NCBI RefSeq assembly: GCF_006345805.1 | Contig: NW_021834156.1 | Span: 4,456-68,455 of the forward strand | Direction: 5' to 3' | Origin: Octopus sinensis | Taxonomy: Eukaryota | Length of the DNA: 64,000 bases | Made by a program: the position numbers and the translations under genes | Notes under the pieces: generated by a model | The model's input: only the letters and a program-made list of their open reading frames with translations | What the model was told of the DNA's origin: nothing | The model's database searches: none | Shown here: in pieces, positions 24,866-39,250 of the stretch | Position numbering within the stretch: the stretch's first letter is position 1 | How the letters are laid out: each line of letters starts with the position of its first letter

Positions 24866-25265
24866 CTAGCAGTATCGCCCGGCGTTGCTCGGGTTTGTAA
24901 GGGAAATAACTATAACGCATTTTTAGAGTTATAGCTAAAAAATAGCAAAAAAATGCATTAAAAATGAAAAAAAAATATGGTAATTTTTTTTTTAAATCGT
25001 TGACTCATCGTAGACATTTTTAGAGAGTTACTTCCTTTATATTAAAAAAAATATGCAATGGAAAAATAAAATGGAAAAAAATAATGGTAAATTATTTTTA
25101 AAATCGTAGACTCATCGTAGACGCGCGCTAATACCCAGAAGGGCTCGATATGAATCACGACTATAAGATACCCGGTTTTGGTTAAACTGCACCGCAAAAT
25201 GTGGGAGTAGTTAGGAATCTAATTCGGAGTAGACAGACACACAACCTTACTTTTATATATAAAGA
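24866..25265 (-). mobile_element. Complete 400-bp non-autonomous Helitron
   Basis: Minus strand: A|TCTTTATATATAAAAG...CCCGAGCAACGCCGGG (subterminal hairpin) CGATACTG CTAG|T. 5' TC, 3' CTAG, A/T insertion site and no TSD. Confidence 0.85.
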
Positions 25266-25594
25266 TATACATATAGCTATGTGCATTATTTGATTTCCAA
25301 GTATAACTGTACAATGGTGTATTTGTCTCAAAGGTTTGAGTGAAATGTTGAGCTTTTTTGGTATTTACCTGTCAGGTGTATAACGTTTGTTTCATGTCAC
25401 TTGTATGGCATTCCTTTCGTTGTTTATGCTGTCGCGTAATACAATTTATTTCGCTCATTCCGTAGCCTAATACATCTATAACTGATTTTGTTTTGTTAAT
25501 CATCATATAGAAATTTTGGACGTTCAGAAAATACTGTCCAATAAGGCAAATATTTTAATAACTTTTGGCCTTTATGCCCACATTATGCACACGT

Positions 25595-25635
<41 letters not shown>

Positions 25636-25872
25636 TATTATATATCTATATATGTAAATATATAAAGTGTACATATGCACACATTATAATGCTCACTTTT
25701 ATGCACATATATGGTTATACACTTCGAAATATACATGTATACATGCAAAGCTGTGTGCATGAATTTATTGGTAACACACACACATATTTTCCTTTTTTGT
25801 ACTCTTCTGAATGCTCTAGCCATGGAGAATCATTTTGTTGAACATATCAATCCCAGTATTCTATGTATGTAT

Positions 25873-26166
25873 ATGGCCCAATGGTTAGGGCAGCGGCCTC
25901 GCGGTCGGAGGATCGCGGTTTCGATTCCAAGACCGGGCGTCGTGAGTGTTTATTGAGCGAAAACACCTAAAGCTCTACGAGCCTCCTGCAAGGGGTGATG
26001 GCAATCCCTGCTGTACTCTTTCGCCACAACTTTCTCTCACTCTTTCTTCTGTTGGCCTGCTCGCTTAGCTAGCCGGGTGGCGTCATTCGAAGGCTAAAAT
26101 AATGCGAACGCATTGTGACCAGCGATGTTTAGCAACATCTAATGGTCTGGTCGGTCACGTGATCAC

Positions 26167-26167
<1 letters not shown>
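25873..26167 (+). mobile_element. SINE family C (tail type 2)
   Basis: Family C head and body to CTCACTCTTTCTTC, then the distinct tail ...GCGAACGCATTGTGACCAGCGATG...GGTCGGTCACGTGATCACG; flanked by TA-rich tracts. Confidence 0.85.
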
Positions 26168-26205
<38 letters not shown>

Positions 26206-26384
26206 TACATGTGTGTGTGTGTGTTGGTATGTGTGTTTGTATGCACCTTTTCTCTCTTTGGTTAATATTTTATAGAACTCTCTTTGTGAACTCGAAATGT
26301 TTGGTAACGTAAATAACTCATCACCTGTTTGAAACGATTTAGAGACGCACAACAGAAAAACACATACGCATTCACACACGCGCA

Positions 26385-26419
<35 letters not shown>

Positions 26420-26499
26420 ACACACACACAGACGAGCTAGAATCTCTAAGCATTAACGTGTATAAATACAAATTTCTTACTAGTTGAAATATGCTTGAG

Positions 26500-26610
26500 G
26501 TATATTCGAACCCGTATGAAAGCTAAGTTATGGAGACGTAAACACACCGACATCGGTTGTCAAGCGATGGTGAGGGGACAAACGCTGACACTCAAGTACA
26601 CACACACACA

Positions 26611-26662
<52 letters not shown>

Positions 26663-26810
26663 GACGGACTTCTCTCAGTTTCCGTCTACCAAATGCATTC
26701 AAAAAATTTTTGTAGACCCGAAGATGTAGTAGAAGACCCATGCCGAAGGTTGCAAGCAACCATGTTGTTGGTAAACAAGCTAGTAACCACACAGTCACTT
26801 CTGCGCTTAG
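26500..26810 (-). mobile_element. Degenerate SINE family B with internal (TA)n
   Basis: GCTAAGTTATGGAGACGTAAACACACC...(TA)n...GACGGACTTCTCTCAGTTTCCGTCTACC...ACCACACAGTCACT. Confidence 0.8.
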
Positions 26811-28142
26811 GCACGCACACCCCCCGCAAACACGCACAAACACACACACGCACACACTCATACACACTTACACATATATACATATTTATACTTAATGGAA
26901 ACTTCACAAAAATCTTCTGCGCCCCCAGGCGGTCAGGTGTGAAAATCTCTTCTCGGTTAAAATAAGTTGAGTCAAATTTGAAAGTATGGAATTAACAGCA
27001 AGGATAAAACTAAGATGTGCAGAGTATATACATTTTTACCTCATCATCTAGTTATAGCCATGTTGGAATCGTCCACTTGTCTTTGATAACAAAGAAACAG
27101 CGCTGGACTCGATATTTTACAATGTTAGGTATATGTTATCAAGCGAAAGTACTTTATATTTTAAAAGGTATTCTTGATTCTGTTTTCATCCTCCAATATT
27201 ATTTGTTCAGCAATAGAAAACTGAGAAAGAGAAGAATTTCTTTCTTACATATACGTCAATGTTTCCAGGCAACCTAAGAGTTTTGTTAATATAGTACAAT
27301 CATTTTTATAGTGCATTAATATAGCATTAATTTATACATTGGAGTATCAAAACATATTTATACGTAGAAGTCGTGATAGCTTAAATAACGTAAATGTGTG
27401 TTTTGATACATAGCGGCTTAAGTCATCAGTATTACTTTCTCAAAGTACTTGTCTCAACCTATGGCTACGATAACACACTAGTATTTTACAATGAAATTAG
27501 AAAAATCGAACTCAATAGGCGTCCCAAATGTTACATCCGCTGCATTTCAAAAGATGCATCATTCTCTGGATTTTAAGCTGAAATTCTTTACGAAGACAGC
27601 ATTACACCAACGCATTATATGCATACATACGTACACGTGTGCGTGTGTGAGTGTGTCTAGGTATCTAAATGCATGCTAGGCATATTGATGTATGTATGAA
27701 ATGAATCAATGCTGCCTGTCAATTCTCGGGCGTAGAAGCATTGTATTAAGTATTGACATCAGTGAAAAGAGACCTACGCTAAACTATTGAGAAATCTGCA
27801 GTTACTCTATCTAGATTACAAGTCCAGTTTTATACCTGTAATTATTGGGGTCTCTGGACATGTAACACACTGCGTAAATACCAATCTTGAGAAATTAGGC
27901 TTCTGAAAACTAGAAAGGTGAAGGCTAATTCGAAGACTACAGATCCAATCCTTCACAGGAACTGTAAAAATCTGTAAAACTTTCCAGAAGTCTATCATTT
28001 AAATATATATAAGCATGTCTAGATATGTATATGTATGCATGAGAATGCATACATAAAGCAAAACATACAATTCTGCACATATATATATATATATATATAT
28101 ATAATAATATATACAGACAGAGAGACAAACAGACAAGAGTAC

Positions 28143-28230
28143 CCTGTTTTTGATATTGAAATTCCAATTAAGGAGCCTTGGATCTAGGTTAGAAACTGGC
28201 TCTTTCTCTATTGGCAAGGAATCTTGAAAT
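28143..28230 (+). repeat. Short interspersed repeat (family E), second copy at 56011-56110
   Basis: GAAATTCCAATTAAGGAGCCTTGGATCTAGGTTAGAAACTGGCTCTTTCTCTATTGGCAAGGAATCTTGAAAT versus GAAATTTCAATGAAGGAGTCTTGGATATAGGTTACAAACTGGCGATTTCTCTATTGGCAAAAAATCTTGAAAT; probably a retroelement 3' end. Confidence 0.7.
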
Positions 28231-28265
28231 ACGTATACATATCTATCTATCAATCTATCTATCTC

Positions 28266-28334
<69 letters not shown>

Positions 28335-28620
28335 ATCTATATATATATATATATATATAATATATATTATCTACAACACACACCCACACACACGTACATA
28401 CACTTGAAGCGGATGGGTATGTGTTCGAATACCCATGTTTCTGTGAAAGATTGTACGATAGGAGCATAGATCTGCCACGTTTCGGGCACTTATATACACC
28501 AAAAAACAGCCGTACTTTCCGTTATTCAACAATATATTTTGTCTGAACTATGATTATCATGAGACGAAAATTGTGAATGGTTCGGAAAAATTTGAATATT
28601 TTCACCTTTAGATATTATGA

Positions 28621-28684
<64 letters not shown>

Positions 28685-28956
28685 CACACACACACAAATA
28701 CACACGCACGCACAGACACACATATACATACATATCCATATATACATACACGTGTATACCTATACATTTATATTCGTATATATATATGTATATATGTGTG
28801 CTTGTACGTAAACATATATATGTGTATCTGTGAATTTGTGGGAGGTGTGTGTATTTGTATATGTATATATATACATGTATATATGCTTATACACTTATAA
28901 ATGTGTGTAGATGTGCATACATATACATGTACATAACTTGAAGGAAACATTGTATA

Positions 28957-28996
<40 letters not shown>

Positions 28997-29534
28997 ATGT
29001 GTATGCGTGTTTGTGTGCTTGTGTATGTATGTGTTTGTCTGTATTTGTGTGCGCATGCGTTTACATATTTCTATATTTCTTACTGGAAATCGAAAAATCT
29101 AAAATGGCGTCAAAATATGTCAGATGTAATTTTCCTTCGTTACCACTGTGAATGTGAGAGAAAGCAACAAGCTAATTCATTGCTGTATGTCATAATTAGT
29201 TTATATTGCCATCTAAATGTTTTGTAAATTCACGGCAAATATTTTAAAATCACTGACATGACAATTATCTCTGTATGTGTCTCATTAGTATATGGCAAGT
29301 CTATTTACATATGAAGTTTCAGTTGTGAAATAGTTTGCTTTTGTTATTCTTCCATTTCATTATAATCCAATTACATTATTCTGAAAAATGTTAGAAGCAA
29401 GCAATGCAAGAGGAATATTGGATTTTTAGAATAATTGGCTTTCAGTGTTTTGCTGTGTTGTTATATATTCCAAGCTAAAATTCCACTGGAGTTCAAATTT
29501 GCATTTAAACAATGATGGGATTCATAAAAGGTAT

Positions 29535-29537
29535 TGT

Positions 29538-29579
<42 letters not shown>

Positions 29580-29788
29580 TATAATATAATAATAACAATA
29601 ATAATAATAATAATAATGATAAATATGATAATGATAATAATATAATAATAATAACAATAATAATAATAATAATAAAAAATCATAATAATAATAATGATAA
29701 TATAATGATAATGATAATAATAATAATAACGATAATGATAATGAAACTAATAATAATGATAATAATAATGATAATAATAATAATAAAA

Positions 29789-29853
<65 letters not shown>

Positions 29854-30085
29854 GGCTTCAAATTTTTCCACAAGGACAGCCGCTTTGGGGGAGTAGATGT
29901 GTCGATTCCACCGACCCCACTCTTATTATTTATTATTATTATTAATTATTATTATTATTATTATTGTTTATTGTTTTATTGTTGTTGTTGTCGTTGTTGT
30001 TGTTGTTATTGTTATTATTATTATTATTGTTATTATTATTATTGTTGTTGTTGTTGTTGTTGCTGTTGTTGTTATTATTATTATT
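29535..30085. repeat. (AAT)n tract followed by an opposite-phase (ATT/GTT)n tract
   Basis: Direct reading; source of the poly-I/L/N ORFs. Confidence 0.92.
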
Positions 30086-30635
30086 GAGTGAGCGAGCAGA
30101 GCATGTCATCGAAGTGACACTGGTGTAAAAATATACGAAGCCCAGATACCCATCATGACTACCCGTCTGATAAGGGTACCCAGGCACATGCATCACAACC
30201 ATATGTGCGCGACATGGTGATCTCATATCAAGATAAACACACATGACCTTGCAGGTGGAGCCCAGTTAGAATTTTCTTCAGATCGAGTAACCCATCCCGC
30301 TCAAAGGTCCCTGAATAAGGGTTTTTTAGGATGTTGAACGAAACACCCATGTTTCCAGAGGTGAATTATTCAAACCCCAAAGAATCCTTCTCAACACATG
30401 GCTATGATGCTCCCCCCCTACTTTCTGCTCGTGATCAGAGATGCACATATCGTCAGCCACTAAGGGACATGCTCAACTGGTTAAGGTCAAACAACTGACA
30501 AGCAAATTGTGGTATTGAGCAGAATATTTGCTGTAGCCCATCTTTTATACCAGACAAAACAATGTACATGATAACACTTCCAATCAGTTAAGATCAGAAG
30601 CCATGAGAGCCACTGCCTGGTGACTGCATCAGGGC

Positions 30636-30638
<3 letters not shown>
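30086..30638 (-). mobile_element. Full-length family D retroposon in (TAA)n
   Basis: (ATT)n GAGTGAGCGAGCAGAGCATG...CTGCATCAGGGCATT (TAT)n. Confidence 0.82.
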
Positions 30639-30688
<50 letters not shown>

Positions 30689-31160
30689 TATTACTATTAT
30701 TATTATTATATTATATAATATTGAAGAATTGCACTCATGACAGAATAAGACAACTTGTATATGCTATATTATTGTTGCGTCCATTTGAATGCTAACTGAA
30801 TGAACCTGCTGTGGAAAGGCAAATTTGCTTTCCTTTCTAAAGGCAATGACAACAAATATATAAGACATGCAATAGGATCCGATATAAATCACTAGCATAC
30901 CCTCCGAAGTGACACCGCTACTAAGTGCTAACATCATCATGAGAATCTGTAGATATAATAATAGTTAAATTCAACGAACTATATTTTCATCGTACGTATT
31001 CAGAAACGTAAAAAAAAAATTGGGACACTGCTATCCAAATATATTGGGCACTTAAAAAATATCCAAAACATGTGACTCATTTCATCATTCTTCGGAATTT
31101 AACTCCAGTGGTACAGACCCTTTAGAAGTTGTTGTTGTTTATCGCTCTTGCAGACAGCAT

Positions 31161-31392
31161 TACTCTTTTACTATTTTACTCTTTTACTTGTTTCAGTCAT
31201 TTGAGTGCGGCCATGCTGGAGCACCGCCTTTAATCGAGCACATCGACCCGGGACTTATTCTTTGTAAGCCCGCCCAGTACTTATTCTATCGGTCTCTTTT
31301 GCCGAACCGCTAAGTAACGGGGACGTAAACACACCAGCATCGGTTGTCAAGCAATGCTAGGGGGACAAACACAGACACACAAACACACAAAC

Positions 31393-31453
<61 letters not shown>

Positions 31454-31617
31454 CGACGGGCTTCTTTCAGTTTCTGTCTACCAAATCCACTCACAAGGCA
31501 TTGGTCGGCCCGGGGCTATAGCAGAAGACATTTGCCCAAGATGCCACGCAGTGGGACTGAACCCGGAACCATGTGGTTGGTTAGCAAGCTACTTACCACA
31601 CAGCCACTCCTACGCCT
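31161..31617 (-). mobile_element. Full-length SINE family B
   Basis: Complete tail, internal (CA)(TA) tract and head. Confidence 0.9.
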
Positions 31618-32267
31618 ATATGGACAAAAAATAGTAATCTCTAAACAGCATATCGGAATACTTTGGAAAATGCCACGATTTTGATAAATATCGTTAAACC
31701 ACTCATACTGTAAACTAAAGTACTTTATTACGCATTCTAGCTGGATTTTAACCGACAAACTTTATTACATTATACTTCATATCATTACCGACTTTGATAT
31801 TTTTGAATGCTTACCCATCCTCGCGGATTTTCATTTAGCAGACTGGATGAATACATAACTAGTCACCAGCAATAATCACACTCCTACATTTCGGCATTTA
31901 GTGACAGCTCAGTAGTACAGTCTTTAGTTCTCAGTACATTTTATGATTTAAAATATGTTTGCAGATTGCAGCTCATCCTTAGTGATATACTTTTTAAGGT
32001 CTTCACGATATAATATGAGTGTGAACCTGCTCGCGCAAACACACACACACACAAACACACACACACATACACACATACTTAGGTATGCATGTATAGGTAG
32101 ATATAATGCCCATCCTCGCTACTTTCACCCACCCGACATTTTAAGCATAAAATTGTTTGTAACAATATATATTTATATTTCACTTGGGTATTGCGATATT
32201 AATAAACTAGTATAGATCTCAATTTGGGTATACTTCCCAACAAGGCGTTAGTCGAGTACAGGGGGCT

Positions 32268-32336
32268 CCGACGAAGCTATAAGGACTCAGCCACTCTAAA
32301 ATGAGCCAAATGCATCATATAGCGGAAACAGCCGTA
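32268..32336 (+). ncRNA. Degenerate hammerhead-like motif with long stem II loop
   Basis: CCGACGA-A-GCTATA...TATAGC-G-GAAA-C-AGCC-GTA; U4 is mutated and no stem I is evident, so it is probably dead. Confidence 0.4.
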
Positions 32337-32574
32337 AATGAATGAAGTTCATCAGATAATTGTTTACTCCTTTGTCATTACTTTTTCATTTCTTTCTCTC
32401 TGTCTGTCTTTCTCTCTCTACCCCTCTCTCCCTCTCTCTCTCTCTCTCTCTCTATCTCTTTATATATATGTGGGTGTGTGTGTGTGTATATATATATATA
32501 TAGAAACAGTGAGGGAGAGAAAGATAGAGAGTGAATGAGAGAGAGAAATAGATAGATAGACAAATAGACGGACA

Positions 32575-32582
32575 GATATATA

Positions 32583-32626
<44 letters not shown>

Positions 32627-32683
32627 TAGATAGATAGATAGATAGACAGAGAGAGAAATAGACAGACAGACAGACAGATAGAC

Positions 32684-32741
<58 letters not shown>

Positions 32742-32786
32742 ATAGATAGATTGATAGATAGATGATAGATAGATAGATAGATAGAT

Positions 32787-32866
<80 letters not shown>

Positions 32867-33398
32867 GACAGACTGACAGACAGAGATAGAGAGAGAGATA
32901 AATAGATATAGGCATAAGTATGTAGGCTACATATGTGTCTATATTTAGCTCCATCTGTCTCAATATGTATATATATATATATACACACAGAAACGTTAGT
33001 ACAGACGTTGTGCATAGGAAAATACATAAGCTTCAGTTATTTCTCGTACCGAAACATAGCCTAGCAAATTACCAATTATTCGACGAGCACTGAACTTGTC
33101 GTAATTAAGGGGACGTGTTACTTTTTCAGTATGGCAAACACACATAAATGTACTCAGGTGGTGTACAACATCTATTACGTTCCACTGAGACCAAACAACA
33201 TGTCAAATAATAATGGAAACAGAAGAATAACAAAGGAAACATACCACACATTAGTTGCTTTTGGTGTATCGTATTACACTTCCTGGCGTTTCAATTTCTT
33301 AGAGAATCTCTATGCTAAACAATGACAAAATCGTTCGATATTTCCTGAAAGATAATGAAGTAAAGATATACAGATCCATATACATACATGATACTTAC

Positions 33399-33481
<83 letters not shown>

Positions 33482-33725
33482 CATACACACACATATATAT
33501 ACATTATATATATTACATATATATATATGTATATATATACATACTACATATACACACATATATATATATATAGACATATGTATATATGTATGTGTATATA
33601 TTTATACATTATATATATATATATATATAAACACATACACACACGCATGTATATAGATATATGTACTTATAATATATATATACCCATAAATATATTATAT
33701 ATGTATATATATATATATATAGAGA
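32575..33725. repeat. (TA)n, (GATA)n and compound TA/CA microsatellites
   Basis: Direct reading: (GATA)n at about 32625-32905 and (TA)n at about 33400-33720. Confidence 0.9.
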
Positions 33726-35187
33726 GAGAGAGATAGTTAGAAGGATGGATAGATAGATAGATATTCATATACTTATGTATTTCTGTCTTTCCCTTTTCTC
33801 TGTGTGTGTGTATATGAGTGTGTATGTAAACGCGTGTACATTTCCTTCAATATAGATTCATATATGCACATATATGTACATACACAAAGATACGAACACA
33901 CACGCAAAAAATACTCTCACAAAAACACTTATGCATGCACCTGCACACACACACACGCATACGCACACATGCACACAGAGGCAGTTGCACATATATACAT
34001 CCACTTACACATATTTATACACAAAAGGTTATTTTCATCTCCATGTCCCAGAGTGATATTCTTAAATTAAAATAATTTTTCCTGCAAGACACTCGGTGCG
34101 TTCCAACCAAACTTGATTATCGACGTTCACACCATTCGCCCTTTCCAGCTATAGATACACAACACACACACACACACACACACACCCGCGCACACATAAA
34201 CACACACACAACACACACAGACACGCACACACACCAACACATACACACATATACGTATATTGTATATATACGTGTCTGTATATATATACACGTATATATA
34301 TTGCACATATGACACGCAATTCTTTGGGCAGTTCATTTATCTGCTCGTTGTAAAGGTAAGTGGCTTAATGCTTGAATCTTCTTCATCGTCATCTTCGTCG
34401 CCGTCCTCTTCCTCCTCCACTCCCCTCCTCCTCCTCCTCACTCATCATCATCATCTTCATTATTTGGCATTTCTTTTAGTGTCACTGCATTAACGACTTG
34501 TGGAATTATGTCAAATAGCTGTGGCCATATGCAAAAAACAAACAAAAAAAACGGTTCCAGTTACCAAGGGACTCCATCTTGAAAATAGTCCTGTTGTCTT
34601 GCAATGTTCTGAAAAATGCAGGTAATTTCAGTCTTTCTGATATCGGTGGTAAAAGGTACTCACTGTATGGTGGACAACATTGAAAGGACTGAAGACAGAC
34701 ACTTTCCTCTTCCGCCAAGCCCTCATCGACATTTTTTCAAGTTCTACTTGAAAGACGAAGGCAAGGGTGGAGAGGGAGGTGCTGCCCTCCAGTAACGGTG
34801 GATGAGAGTGGCGGGAATAATCCACGTGTATGGAGCTTATCTTTCAGCCAGCACTAGTCAGTGAATACAGCTAGGAGTAAGTTCTTGTTCCTGTAAGTAT
34901 GAGTAACATCTGAGCTGTTCCATTTAATCAGGAGTCTTCTTTAGTTTTTACTTCATATACAGATATTTTTCAGGTATGTTTTTCGTTCTTCCTTGTAGAT
35001 TCTGTATTAACTTCGGCCATTTTTGTTACATTTTCCTTGCAATATTTCCTCGTTCAAAAACCTAGTGGTGTCTAAAAGAAACCGCCATTTCATCTTCCTC
35101 ATCATCCTCGTCGTTGTCGTCCTTCTCCTCATACATCTTCATCCTTATCACATCAATGTTCCCATTATCATCATCATCATTATTATT

Positions 35188-35362
35188 AAGAGACAGAGAG
35201 CAGTACATGCCATGAAAGTGATGATGGGACACAAACATAGCAAGCCCAATATACTCATCATGATAAGGGTACACAAGGTACATGCACCACCCACATATGC
35301 ATTCCACATGGGGGCCTACTATCAGGATATACATCACATGACCTTACAAGTGGAGCTAGAGT
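35188..35362 (-). mobile_element. 5'-truncated family D copy
   Basis: Retains the same terminus (GAGAGCAGTACATGCCATGAAAGTGA) next to (ATC/ATT)n; abuts a SINE B. Confidence 0.72.
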
Positions 35363-35784
35363 TACTCTTACTCTCTACTCTTTTACTTGTTTCAGTCATT
35401 TGACTGCGGCCATGCTGGAGCACCGCCTTTAATCGAGCAACTCGACCCAGGGACTTATTCTTTTGTAAGCCCAGTACTTATTCTATCGGTCTCTTTTGCC
35501 GAACCGCTAAGTAACGGGGACATAAACACACCAACATCGGTTGTCAAGCAATGCTAGTGGGACAAACACAGACACACAAACACACACGCGCATATATATA
35601 TATATACATATACATATATACGACGGGCTTCTTTCAGTTTCCGTCTACCAAATCCACTCGCAAGGCTTTGGTCGGCCCGAGGCTATAGTCGAAGACACTT
35701 GCCCAAGGTGCCACGCAGTGGGACTGAACCCGGAACCATGTGGTTGGTAAACAAGCTACTTACCACACAACCACTCCTGCGCCT
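35363..35784 (-). mobile_element. Full-length SINE family B
   Basis: Complete tail, internal tract and head. Confidence 0.9.
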
Positions 35785-35833
35785 AGAGTTAGACATTTTT
35801 TTTATTATTATCGTTGTTGATGGTGTTGTTGCT

Positions 35834-36402
35834 GAGTGAGAGAGCAGTGCATGCCATCAAAGTGACACTGGGGTAAAATATACAAAGCCCAGTATACACA
35901 TCATGACCATCTGTCTGATAAGGGTACACTAGGTACATGGGTACACTAGGTACATGAATCACAAAATGTGCTCGACATGGTGATCTCATATCAAGATAAA
36001 CAGTGCATGAACTTGCAGGTGGGGATCAATTAGAATTTTCTTCAGGCCGAGTAGCCCATCCCACTCAAAAGGGCCCTGAATAAGGGTTGTTTAAGGATGA
36101 TGAAAAAATACACATGTTTCCAAGGGTGAATTATCCAAATCCCAAAGAATTTCTCTCAATACATGGCTATGATGTCTCCCACTACTTCTGCTCATGATCA
36201 GAGATGCACATAACATCATCCATTAAGGGACATGGTCAACGGGTTATGGTCAAACAAGTGACAAACAAATCTGTGGTATTGAACTGAATATTTGTTGTAA
36301 CCCATCTTTTATACCATGACAATACAATATACATGATAACACTTCCGATCAGATGAGATCAGAATACATGAGAGGCACTGCCTGCTACAGCATCAGGGCA
36401 TT
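35834..36402 (-). mobile_element. Full-length family D retroposon
   Basis: (TTG/TTA)-rich flank, GAGTGAGAGAGCAGTGCATGCCATCAAAGTGACAC...CATCAGGGCATT, then (ATT)n. Confidence 0.82.
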
Positions 36403-36409
36403 TATTATA

Positions 36410-36501
<92 letters not shown>

Positions 36502-36517
36502 AAAAATCATATTATTA

Positions 36518-36724
36518 ATAATCCTTTTTACAATAGGCACAAGGGCTGAAATTTTGGAGGAGGGGACCCGTCGATTACACCGCCCCCAGTGCGTAACTGG
36601 TACTTAAATTATCGACCCCGAAAAGATGAAAGTCGGCCCAGGCGGCACTGAACTCAGAACATGAGGACAGACGAAATGGCGCTAAGTATTTCGCCCGGCG
36701 TGCTAACGATTCGGCCAGCTCACC

Positions 36725-36725
<1 letters not shown>
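36518..36725 (-). mobile_element. SINE family A with an alternative tail, between (ATT)n and (AAT)n
   Basis: Family A head and body, but the tail reads ...GTCCCCTCCTCCAAAATTTCAGCCCTTGTGCCTATTGTAAAAAGGATTATT instead of the usual tail. Confidence 0.78.
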
Positions 36726-36756
<31 letters not shown>

Positions 36757-36906
36757 TAATAATAATAATAATGATAATAATACTACTACTACTACTAATA
36801 ATAATAATAATGATAATAATACTACTACTAATAATAATGATGATAATATTGATAATAATAACAGGGAATTATATAGAAGGGAGCTAAGAAGTATATTAAG
36901 CAGCTC

Positions 36907-37105
36907 CCTTAAACACCCCTTATTCAGGGACCTTTTGAGCAGGATGGGCTACTCGACCTGTTTATCTTGATATGAGATCACCATATCGTGTACATATGTT
37001 TGCGATGCATGTACTTGGTGTGTTCATATCAGACGGGTTGCCATTATGGGATTCATATATTTGTACGCCATTTTTCACTTGATGGCACGCACTGTTCCCT
37101 TACTC
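36907..37105 (+). mobile_element. 5'-truncated, internally deleted family D copy ending in (AAT)n
   Basis: CCTTATTCAGGGACCTTTTGAGC...GATGGCACGCACTGTTCCCTTACTC(AAT)n. Confidence 0.75.
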
Positions 37106-37154
<49 letters not shown>

Positions 37155-38319
37155 TAATAATAATAATAAAAGTAGTAGTAGTAGTTGTAGTAGTTGCAGT
37201 TATAGGAGCAGCATTAGCAAGTAGATGCCACAGCCAGCGTTGCAGTTACATAAACGTAAGATTTCCCATCAAAACGTAATCATCCAAAGCAAACAAGGCT
37301 TAATGTCTGATTGAAACGAATCTAAAAGTTTAGATTATTTCAATTACGTTTATCTTGTTTTCTTTTCTATGTGTTTTATCTCTCTCTCTCTCTCTTTCCT
37401 TTTTTTTTCTTTTTTGTTGTCTTAAGTGGTTGCAACACGTTCTAATTGTCATTATCTCTGCAACAGAACCTTCATTAATGAAAGCATGCTAAAATAGATT
37501 AATTGTAAAGACACTTGTATTATTATGGAAAAGGCAGTGGAATTTAGATGATGGAGTTCTTGATCTGAAAGTGTTTTTAAGCTGTGGTTTGACGCAATTG
37601 CAATTATCTCTTGAACAGAAATGTATTTTGTCTTTACAACAGCGACGAGTCAATGAGAATGCGCCTATTTGATTGCTAGAAATAGCAAGCAAGTCTCACA
37701 AATAATATTCTGGTCATGTCTATTTATCATCTATCTATCAATCTATATACATACATGTATCTCTCTCTCTCTCTTCTCTTTCTCTCTCTCTCTCTCTACC
37801 TCTCTATTATCTAATCTATCTATCTATTTATCTAGATATCTATCATCTAATTAACTATCTATCTATCTATCTATTATCTATTTCATCTATCTATCTATCA
37901 TCTATCGATCTATCTTTATCATCTATATATATATATATATATATATATAAAGGGGTAGGCACATAAATGTGAAACAAGGTGGAAAAAAGAGTACTCAACA
38001 CACAGAGGTAGCAGTAATATGCTTATTTAAAAGCACCAGAAATAAGTATTATCTCTACATACATATCTATATATTAATATATAATATAGATATATATATA
38101 TATATTATTATATACACAGATATATACTATATATAGATATTAAATTATTGGTGAAGTTTTAATTCAATTATCCGCACCAAGCACGGTTGCAACGCCAGAT
38201 GGTTGTACCTCCAACCGTGCTGTTCATGCTGTGATTTTTGCTACTAAGGTATCGGTTAAATTTTTGATTAATCTACTACAAGATATTCATTTTCTATTTC
38301 ATATAATCTATATATTATC

Positions 38320-38354
<35 letters not shown>

Positions 38355-38389
38355 CTATATGATCACCATATAACTGGGCCTTGCTGGGC

Positions 38390-38730
38390 CTCGACTTTCA
38401 AGAATTTTAGTCGAAAAGATCGACTACTATTTTGTAAAGCCTGGCTTTTATTCTATCGGCATCTTTTGCCGAACTGCTAATTTTTACTGTGTCGTCAGGT
38501 CACAAATATCGGTTGTCAAGCGGTGGGGAAGGACTGATAAGGACAACAGGACTCTCACACAGACATATGTGCGCGCACATACACACGCGCACTCCCACAC
38601 ACACATATACAAGCACACACACACCCACGCACGCGCACATCCTTCGATTTCCATCCACTAAATCCACGCCGAAAGCTTTGGTCGCTTCGAGGCTACAGTC
38701 GAATATAATTCCCCAAGGTGCCACGCAGTA
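38390..38730 (-). mobile_element. Old, diverged SINE family B
   Basis: TTATTCTATCGGCATCTTTTGCCGAACTGCTAA...TATCGGTTGTCAAGCG...CCCCAAGGTGCCACGCAGT. Confidence 0.7.
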
Positions 38731-38921
38731 GTACTGAGCTCCTCTTGTCACTTTCTCTGACAATTCTTTAAAAATTAATGCTATAAATTTTCTCATTAAG
38801 CCTATTGCGTCACAATTCTTTACTATTAGACCCATAATCTTCACTGAATAGTTTCATACAAAGACAAGAAAATGTGTCTCTAGGCTCTAAAAGAAAAAAG
38901 TTATATTCTAAAAGGTATATT

Positions 38922-38953
<32 letters not shown>

Positions 38954-39003
38954 ATATATATATATTATATATCTATATACTATAATATATATATATATAC
39001 GCT

Positions 39004-39099
39004 AAATACAATAGAGGCACAAATTGAAATTGTTTTTTGTGTTCTAGCACAACGTTTTCCTATTGGAAGCCTCTATGTATTATATATATTAATATATAT

Positions 39100-39135
<36 letters not shown>

Positions 39136-39213
39136 ATACAATAAGAGGCTACAAATTGGAAATATGTTTTTTGTGCTCTAGAACACGTTTTCCTATTTGG
39201 AAGCCTCTTATTG

Positions 39214-39250
<37 letters not shown>

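Noticed and set aside
34520-34990. Non-repetitive-looking block with splice-like motifs
   Set aside because: No open frame with recognisable homology and no consistent acceptor/donor pair.
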